NCBI GenBank assembly: GCA_977017575.1
Contig: CDRNVI010000054.1
Coordinates: forward strand, 620,001-684,000
Length of the DNA stretch: 64,000 nt
Source of the DNA: Paramoeba atlantica
Taxonomy: Eukaryota; Protista; Discosea
Direction of reading: 5' to 3'
Each line of letters opens with the position of its first letter. Position 1 is the first letter of the stretch. Made by a program: the position numbers and the translations under genes. The notes under the pieces were generated by a model. That model was not told the origin of the DNA, did no database searches, and saw nothing but the letters and a program-made list of their open reading frames with translations. Below are positions 55,881-64,000 of this stretch, piece by piece.

Positions 55881-56999
55881 CATGGGGGGCCATGAAAACT
55901 GACAAGGTCCGCATTTTAGCATCCTGAGGCAGTTTGAGCTGATTTTTGTTGCAAACGAGAGATCTCGTTCTGAATATCGTGTCTACGCTATTTAAAATAC
56001 AAAAACGTTCACCGGAAAACATTTCCAATGAGTTACAAAAGTGAAATTTTAAAGATTTTGCAAATTGAAAAACGGGTCTAAAATTCGTAATTTTTAGTAC
56101 CACGGCCCAAAAAGTACCCAGAAAGTAGGTCTTAATAGCCAGTATTCCCACCTTCACGCTCACGTAGTATAGCGAGGCGCGTGGGAAGACTCTTTAGCGT
56201 GTTCACATACGCCTCGTGACATTCGTTCAACAAATATTCCTTGGCCTTTGGAATAGCAGCTTGTAATTCTTTTCGATTATGTGGACGAAGATGGCTGTGG
56301 ATGTATTTATCCATCATGCTCCACAAATTCTCAATCAAATTGAGATCAGGAGATTTCGAAGGCCAATCAATAATTTTGATGTTTTCCAACTTACCTATTC
56401 TCCTGGCTTCCCCATGCCCTGGCGCGTTGTCAAGGACAACTGTAGCCCCGGGGCGGCGATGCATCCAGTTGAAAAACCCATTTCGTTTTTTCATTGCATT
56501 CAAAAAGACCTCATTTGTAACAGTTTCATTTTGTGCGAACTCATGGAAACACGCATCAGGCACTTCCCAACGGAGACTGGTGGCCATGAATACATGAACT
56601 CCTTTCCCCCCATACCACCTATCTATTCGTACTGGTGTTTCCTTGGGGGGGTCAGTCATTTTTGCAAGGTACGTAATTTTTTTACCGGGTGATCCGCATC
56701 GAAAGATTTTTTCGTCGCACCACACAATACGAGACATCTGATATGGGCTGAATCCCTCAAAGTAATCAGCAAGTTGTAGTCTAGCAGCCTTGTGCTCACC
56801 TGTTAAAAAAAGGCTTGTGTGACATCGTCTTAATGACGTATCCCATCCTTTTCAAACTCTAACTTTTATTACCAGAAACGGGCTCCAAATAGCGTAGACA
56901 CGATACTCAGAACGAGATCTCTCGTTTGCAATAAAAATCAGCTTAAAAGGCCTCAGGACGCCAAAATGCGGACCTTGTCAGTTTTCGTGCCGCCCCCCG
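55881..56999 (-). mobile_element. Tc1-like element, second copy
   Basis: TA-CATGGGGGGCC...CGCCCCCCG-TA; ~110-bp TIRs. Confidence 0.9.
56132..56737 (-). CDS. Tc1-like transposase catalytic domain (open, but no DNA-binding domain)
   Basis: D-D(32)-E triad intact; N-terminal linker frameshifted and HTH absent. Confidence 0.8.
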   Translation of the reverse strand: MSRIVWCDEKIFRCGSPGKKITYLAKMTDPPKETPVRIDRWYGGKGVHVFMATSLRWEVPDACFHEFAQNETVTNEVFLNAMKKRNGFFNWMHRRPGATVVLDNAPGHGEARRIGKLENIKIIDWPSKSPDLNLIENLWSMMDKYIHSHLRPHNRKELQAAIPKAKEYLLNECHEAYVNTLKSLPTRLAILREREGGNTGY

Positions 57000-57479
57000 T
57001 ACGGGCTACGGTTCACTACGGGTAAACCGCAGCATCATAGTACTATAAATCTATAAAAATCTATAACAGAAAAAAGTGATCAAAAACGTTTTGATGCTCT
57101 CTTTTAGCACCAAAGACACCATGTACAAAGTCAATTTATGACAGGCTTAATCAAGTTTTTTATGTTTCGCGGCAGAAAACTTAGTTTTCAGTTTTTTGCT
57201 TGTGCTTCTTCCGCCACGGGAGAAAAAAGAAGTTACAAGGACTCTCTTTTGAAGGAGAAACGTGTCCAAACCCGACGAAAATCAATCAAAAAAAATTATA
57301 TTTTTATACATAGTAATTGAAAAATTATAATACTATATAGTACTATAATTATAGATTTTGTAGATTTTCAGACCCCTGAAAAATACCTAAAAAAGAATCT
57401 TTAAAGTGCATTAAATTCAGTAACTCAAATTTTCAGGAATCAATCTTCAGGAATTAAAGTTCTGCTGGATTCAACGAGG

Positions 57480-58690
57480 ATACACCCCCTTTTCCTTGAC
57501 GGAAAATAAGCCGGCAAGAAAAATAGTCACTGTTTGCTTTTCGTTCGTACGAACGACTTTGACTCAAATCACGCCCACTGGCGCTAACGTTTTCCCCTTC
57601 AGTTCGCCGTCGACGCTAACGCTAGTCTCATGACAAAACTTTTATCTCCGAAAATAACAGAGCTGTACTGACGAACATCGTGCTGCGAGTACAAATGATG
57701 CGACTGTCGTCTTATACGTTGACCAATATCTGATGGTGTGATAGCTTGAGTCCATCAAAACACGTAACGATAGTGCTTATACGCTCTTTCTTTTGCTTTT
57801 TCACCCAGTCCTTCCCGAAATGCCCCATGATGACTCATCAACTGGAGCACCCTATCTCGAGCGATAGGGATATGATCATTCAACAGACCGAGAAGGGTTT
57901 CATGAACCTTTGCCATAAAATCTTGTCGCGAGCTATTGAAGGCTCGCTCAAGCTTCCGGTCGCGACCTCCACGATTCATTCTTGATTGATAATCTTTTTC
58001 TCCGACTCGCTTTATTTTCCGTATGGTCTCCTCGGCAATATTATGACTTCGCAAGTTTTGATACGGAAGACGAAGAACGACACACGCACAACTTGTCTTG
58101 CACCGACAAGTGTTTTCTGCGGTATATTGATGGAGGAACAAAGGGAGGGAGAGAGGGACGTGCTGAAAGAGAATTTTGGGGAAGAGAGATACCAGGTTCT
58201 TGTCCGGAAACAAAAGGTCCGACCACATGTGATACACGAGCCACTGGAGTTCGCGAAATGATCCAGTTGCTTAACGGTCCACGCGGCACCAGATCCTCCC
58301 GAAAATTCATAGGACAATAATTTTCAGGAGAAGTTTTCTATAGTTCCTAAACAAGGTCTTGCAGCTTTTTTATACACTATTTTACACTCGGATAGCTATG
58401 CACCGGAAAACAGCCGCTGCTTCTTTCATCGGCGGATTTCATAAAAAAATGCCCCCCCCCCCTAAACAAATCTTTGGCCTTTTAGACAAAATAGCCCTAT
58501 CAAAGGGGGGGCGGGCACACGTAGCCCTATTAAATAGGGCCGTTTCTGTAATTGCATGCTCTGACTTTTTTATGTGACAGATCCCCCCCTAGTTATACAG
58601 GGGGTATGTATGTATGTAGGTCACACCCCTATCTAGTTATATGTCTCTTTTCCACGAAACGTAGTGACTGATAACTACGGGGGGGTACAG
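57480..58690 (-). mobile_element. pogo-like 5' half, best-preserved copy
   Basis: Terminus ATAACTACGGGGGGGTACAG-TA; ORF 57755-58237 is a CENP-B-HTH-like segment. Confidence 0.6.
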
Positions 58691-58749
58691 TACATTCATA
58701 GAATTATTTTTTATTTTTTAAAAAACAATAATTTACATTCTAACTTTAC

Positions 58750-59649
58750 ATGCTACACTTAACGCTACAAATGATCGTGCGGTTCATAATATGTTCGGAT
58801 ATTCAGGAGCCATCGACTAAACGTCGTAAAGTCGAAACTTCAGTATCTTCGAACATCCATTCCGATGAACAAATTACAAATACGAGATCGCGTATTGCCA
58901 AAGTGAGCGCTGCGAATTTACCTCAGGAGTATCTACTCGTTCGTCTCCTCGCGGAAGTCCACAACTTGGACGAATCGTGGAGTCTTCACACGCCAGCATG
59001 CGAGTGGGAAGGTGTGAGTTGTAACGAGCGGGAAGAAGTCAGCCACGTGAGATGGACCCAACGAGATTTGTCAGGTACTATGAACTTGATTTATCTCCCA
59101 CATAGTTTGTACGATTTTGATGTGTGTCAGAACGCTCTAGAAGGGACAGCACCGCTCACGCGCTTGCCTTCGGAACTGCGATCACTAACTCTGTACGAAA
59201 ATCGGTTTGCAGGCGAGTTGGACCTGATTTTTCTTCCGCTCTGTTTCGAAGATTTGACTTTGAATGACAACAGATTCAATGGAACTGTGTGTTTGACGAG
59301 TCTGCCGGTCAATATGCGAAATGTGAACCTTAGCGAAAATCGTCTTACCGGGCCACTTGATTTGACTTTGCTTCCGCCTAACATATGTCAAGTATATCTC
59401 TCTGGAAATCAGTTGTCCGGCGAACTCGATCTCCGACAACTTCCTTCGGGGATTTGGCACCTTGATTTGTCGCGCAATATGTTTTCTGGTGATGTCAACT
59501 TGGCGGAGCTTCCATCTTCATTGCTGACTTTCAATTTATCAGATAATGTGAACTTGCGTAGCAATATAACAAGATCGCCCTTTCCTGAGCATGTGCAAGA
59601 GTACGGTTTGTGCGTATATAACACACAGATAAGGCTCGAGAATCATTGA
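58750..59649 (+). CDS. Leucine-rich repeat protein, 299 aa
   Basis: Intact paralogue with a one-codon insertion in the N-terminal extension. Confidence 0.92.
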   Translation: MLHLTLQMIVRFIICSDIQEPSTKRRKVETSVSSNIHSDEQITNTRSRIAKVSAANLPQEYLLVRLLAEVHNLDESWSLHTPACEWEGVSCNEREEVSHVRWTQRDLSGTMNLIYLPHSLYDFDVCQNALEGTAPLTRLPSELRSLTLYENRFAGELDLIFLPLCFEDLTLNDNRFNGTVCLTSLPVNMRNVNLSENRLTGPLDLTLLPPNICQVYLSGNQLSGELDLRQLPSGIWHLDLSRNMFSGDVNLAELPSSLLTFNLSDNVNLRSNITRSPFPEHVQEYGLCVYNTQIRLENH

Positions 59650-61639
59650 ATCAAATAGAATGATAAAGAATTTAAAGAGAATAAAGAGAATTCAAAGAGA
59701 ATAAAGAGAAAGATGGAGAGAAAATGGGGGGATTAGGGGGATCTTCAATTATTCAATAAATTCTATTGTTTTGGAAACTTTTATAAACTTTTTTATCTCA
59801 AAAAAGTGTACGACGTGACATACCCCCTTGATTAATTGCTGTCGCTCAACCCCTTTGTAATGTGCATAACAGAGAACACATCTAAAATGTGTATGACAGA
59901 CTAAACGCAATGTCTGAGAACTGTGATTTAGTATAATTTGTCTTAAAAAAAAGAGTTGTTTACTTTTGATTTCTTAACTCCTATGGCTTCTTAACTCCGC
60001 AGTTTCCAGTCCCAAGCCTGGGGCAGGTCTCTCAAAGGCCGGGGTAGGAGGGGGAAGCGATCATTCGATCGAGTTGTACACCTTGAATTGGATGTCTCGG
60101 TCTTCCCGATGACATTCGAACCGTATAGGGCTGGACTTGGCATGCTGCAGGGCAGTTAGACATGGTGAAGTACCGCAACACTCTCATGTTGCCACTGGTT
60201 AATTGAACAGTTGGACCCCCTTGGTTCCCGCTGGTAGGATGTGACATTGGATGTCACATGCTGGTTAGTTACGGAGAGTTGGACTCCCTTGGTTGGCGCT
60301 GGTACGCTGTGACATTGGATTGTTCTGACGAGTGAGAGCGCCATCGTCCCATTAATTGCCTCTCTGAAATAGGAACGCCACGGACTCGAAGCTCAGTGAC
60401 CTTCCCATGCTGCAATGAATGCATAGTCCATGTTCGAGTGTTATCAGAATATTCTAACATAAAAATTTATTTTCGAAATTACAATTTTCATATTTTAAAA
60501 ACTTCACACAATACAAGCAACTGCTCACAAAAATCACAAAGATATGAATCCGAATACTGGATAAAGAAAGATGCAAATACTGGATTTGGCAAAGATTTTA
60601 ATGAATAGGTTAAGGAGATACCCAACATCGGGGTACAAAGATCTCAGCAGCCAGTCCAATAGACCACCCAATAGACTAATCCTAAACATTATCCTAAACT
60701 GTGTATAAACACACTCACAACAATTGCAGGCAACTGATCACAATGATCGCAAAAAAAATTTCAAAGGATCCTGAGAAAGGGATTCAAAAGAAACGAACAT
60801 AAGTCACTAGGATCGTGAACTGATCCCAAAGATAGAAAACAGCTCATCAAAAAGAACACAAAGAGGGACCATTCTTTAAGAATGGGTCGCAAAGACCCCC
60901 CCAAAAAAAGCAAGAAAGAAGTTCAAAGTAGCCCAACAATAAAGTCTTAAACCTTAAAGCACAAATGCCTTAAAGTTTAAGGTATTTAAGTTGTTTAAGT
61001 CTTAAACAGCTGACCAAAAAGACCCCCCCCAAGAAAGAATCCAAACTATGAGGTACAACCAACTTAAGCAACTCAACTTAAAAAACTGATCTTAAGCAAC
61101 TCAAAGATTGAACAACTGACCACAAAGGTCACCAGAAACATAATAGTAAAACATAATAATAAAAAAGATCACAATGGTCCCAAAAAATGGATTCCGAAGA
61201 ACTAAAACAAGTTCGAAATATCTTAAACAATTGATAAGGTAACAACATCCGATCACAAAGATCTTGAAGAATGTATCCGAATGACTCCATTGTGCGATAC
61301 AACGTCTTAACAAACGGATCCCAAATAAATACAATCGCCTGGCCAAGGTCACAAGACACATGGACCCCAAAAATATTGAAGCATGGATCTCAAATACTCC
61401 AGATAAATATTGGCAAATAATTAAAGCTTGAAGGAAAATGAATCAAAAACAAAAATCACAAACGACCGATAACAAAGATACATAAGGAGTAATTACAAAT
61501 ATACGAAAAACAATCGATCAAAACGATAAAGCAAACTATCACAAAAATTACAAAAAAAAACAGGATTGATAACAAGAGTATCCAAGTAACGAATCGCTAA
61601 CTGGGCCACAGGGGATAAAACAAAAACACCCATGTCGCC

Positions 61640-62900
61640 TCCCCCGTCCTGAATATTTGTCAATGTACCCCGGCATTGAACGACCTCCAACACCTCGCCC
61701 ACCATTGCAGCTCACGGAGCATGAAATAGGAGCCGCAATGAAAAGTTTCCATCGAGGCTCATTGGGGGGTATGATGGGGTTACGCCCGGAGCAGATACTG
61801 GAAGCTTTTTACGCGAACGTCGACTCGTCCATCAACCCACTCACTTCTCTCACTAAATAAGTCAATCACCTCCTGGCAGGGAAGGCCCCCCTCGAATCTC
61901 AAAATTACTTCGCCGGCGCCCGCCTCTGCGCCCTACAGAAAGGAGAGCATGACGTCCGCCCAATCGCCGTCGAGGAAACCCTCCGTCGCTTAGCCTGCAA
62001 AGGGGCTTGCGCAGCGCTAAAATCACAAGCACAAGCCATCTCTCACGGGACGCAATATGGTGTTGCTGTCCCCGCTGGAGCGGAACGGATGATACATCGT
62101 TGTCGACAAACGGTCTCTGCTCACATAGACGATCCGGAATTTGTTTTTTGCAAAGTCGATCTAGCTAACGCGTTCAACAACGTAGCTCTTCACCCCGCCT
62201 CGGCACATAACGCTACTCTGTTCCAGGACATCCCCGGGAACAGGATAAACCTAGACGGCGAATTCGATATCTTGGGAAGCCCTGTTGGATCGACCGATCA
62301 TTGCACAAACTTTCTCTACACAAAAGCTTTACTCCCCGCACAAGCCACACTTCAGGCAATAAAGAAAGTCGAAGACCCCCAAGTGGCGGTGACACTGATT
62401 CGGCAATGCTCAGGTTTTTGCCAACTAGTTTTTTCTATGCGCACGACGCCCCCTCAGGTAATATCGAACCTTTGCAAAAACCTCGATGATGCAGGACTAC
62501 AAGCATTAGAGGGGGTCATCGGCTCGCTTAACTCCTCGGCACGCTCCCAGGCTCGGCGTAACAAAAGGCACGGCGGTTTCAGTCTGCGATCCTCGTTCAC
62601 CCACGCTGCCGCGGCGTATGTGTCTTCCGTTGCATTCGCAGCATTTTGCGATAGGTGGGACGCAGAAGACGCTGCCGGTTTTCCCGAGGCAGCGCGCCAT
62701 GTCAACGAGCTCATCGATACACCCCTCATAAACGAACGCACAGGGCGTTACTTGCAGGACGCTATTCCCACGGCTCCCGGTCGCACTCCCACTGCTCCGA
62801 CTCTTCCGGTCGATCTGACACTCCCTGATCCGACGCGTCCTGAGGTAAAACCGCGGATCCCTAGGCAGCAAGCCAAACATCGAAAGTCTACAACTTACCA
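61640..62900 (+). mobile_element. CRE-clade RT relic, subfamily B, second copy
   Basis: Same internal deletion as 45076-46330; ORF 62089-62940. Confidence 0.85.
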
Positions 62901-63453
62901 TGAGTACTCATCGAAGGTCCCCCCTAGCCGTGCGTTTTAGGCGTATTAAATTTATTTATTAACAGATAAATTAATATAAATTAAAGATCTCAAAACGAAA
63001 ATATGGTATCATAACCCTACCATGACCCCTAATGCAAAAAATAAGGCGGGGTGCCTTATTGGTGGCCAGGGGTTTTTAGGGGTATTTTTATTCATTTATC
63101 CTTTAATTAATGCTTTGTCGGTAATGAATGGTAGAATTCTTTTTGAATTGATGCGCAAAAGAATTGAAGAGCCTCTGCACAAGTAAAAAAAATAGTACTC
63201 CTCCTAAAAGGAGATCGCAAGGTATATACGTATGACAGAAAAGGTTTCCTGCGTCATGCACTACAAGCCATTTATGTGGCTGTACAAAAAGGCAACGCCG
63301 CTATACTATCCTCCGCGGTGAAAGAGTGGAGGAAGGCGGGTGTCCGCTAATGATGCATGTAAGAATGACATTGCAACATAGTCGACAGGCATTGCCGGAA
63401 ACAAATAATAGTATTTTTTAAATACCCTTAATATTTTATCTAACTTACGTGTA

Positions 63454-64000
63454 ATGGATTCCCAAGCTCCATCCACGCGCCCTTCGAAAGTTCGTGCAGT
63501 GAGTGTACCACAAGAAATGGATCTTGAGCGGCTCACCAGCAGTTTGTACACTCATCATGAGAGCTGGAGTTCAGATGTTTCCGCTTGCAAATGGAAAGGC
63601 ATCAAGTGCAACTCTGAGGAGAAAGTTACAGACATAAAGTGGAACCGTCAAAACCTGAGTGGATCCATGAAATTTGAGTATATTCCAATATCCGTTGAGA
63701 CGCTCGACATTGAACACAACTATATACGTGGTGAACTTGTCCTAAGTGACCTTTTCCCTTTAGTAAATTTTACTGCTTTCTATCTAGGGGAGAACAAATT
63801 TACAGGCAATCCGGATCTTTCCAGACTTCCGAAGCTTTCTACTGCAGCGTGGATGGAAAGAAATGAATTGTCTGGTGATATATGCCTTACACAGTTGCCC
63901 ATCGATCTGGCATATATTGACGTTAGCGATAACTTGTTAACGGGAAAACTAGATTTGGGGGCACTCCCACGCACTCTTGAATCATTGTACTTGTCTGGAA
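63454..64000 (+). CDS. Leucine-rich repeat protein, divergent subfamily, runs off the window end
   Basis: Manual translation MDSQAPSTRPSKVRAVSVPQEMDLERL...SACKWKGIKC...LGENKFTGNPDLSRLP..., open to 64000. Confidence 0.88.
   Translation, partial: MDSQAPSTRPSKVRAVSVPQEMDLERLTSSLYTHHESWSSDVSACKWKGIKCNSEEKVTDIKWNRQNLSGSMKFEYIPISVETLDIEHNYIRGELVLSDLFPLVNFTAFYLGENKFTGNPDLSRLPKLSTAAWMERNELSGDICLTQLPIDLAYIDVSDNLLTGKLDLGALPRTLESLYLSG

Overview
Eukaryotic DNA, most likely from a kinetoplastid or other euglenozoan: two inserts begin with a kinetoplastid-type spliced-leader (SL) exon, ORFs are intronless, and there are no bacterial housekeeping genes. The window is a transposon-dense, heavily shuffled cluster of short leucine-rich-repeat (LRR) genes. 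It holds 3 intact near-paralogues (3677, 25063, 58750), 2 disrupted copies, several 5' and 3' stubs, and 3 more distant paralogues (47271, 49526, 63454). Between them are relics of Tc1, pogo-like, hAT, CRE-type and HERO/NeSL-type RLE non-LTR retrotransposons, VIPER/TATE/DIRS-like tyrosine-recombinase (YR) elements, an IS30-like transposase relic and many small foldback/MITE-like elements. A ~6.53-kb unit is tandemly repeated about 2.6 times (25970-42724), and 1-4573 recurs at about 55149-59649. The most striking observation is a candidate undescribed retroelement system. Two non-coding inserts that interrupt LRR genes (5995-6729 and 10177-10748) start with an SL exon that is not followed by an SL intron. 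They share a ~150-nt structured head with compensatory base changes, and they end in a small covarying stem-loop (ATCTC-TGCnn-loop-nnGCA-TGA) that also terminates an RLE LINE fragment at 9040-9062. The LINE fragment and one insert rejoin the LRR gene at the same nucleotide. All family assignments come from motif recognition by eye and from recalled consensus sequences; no database search or folding calculation was run.
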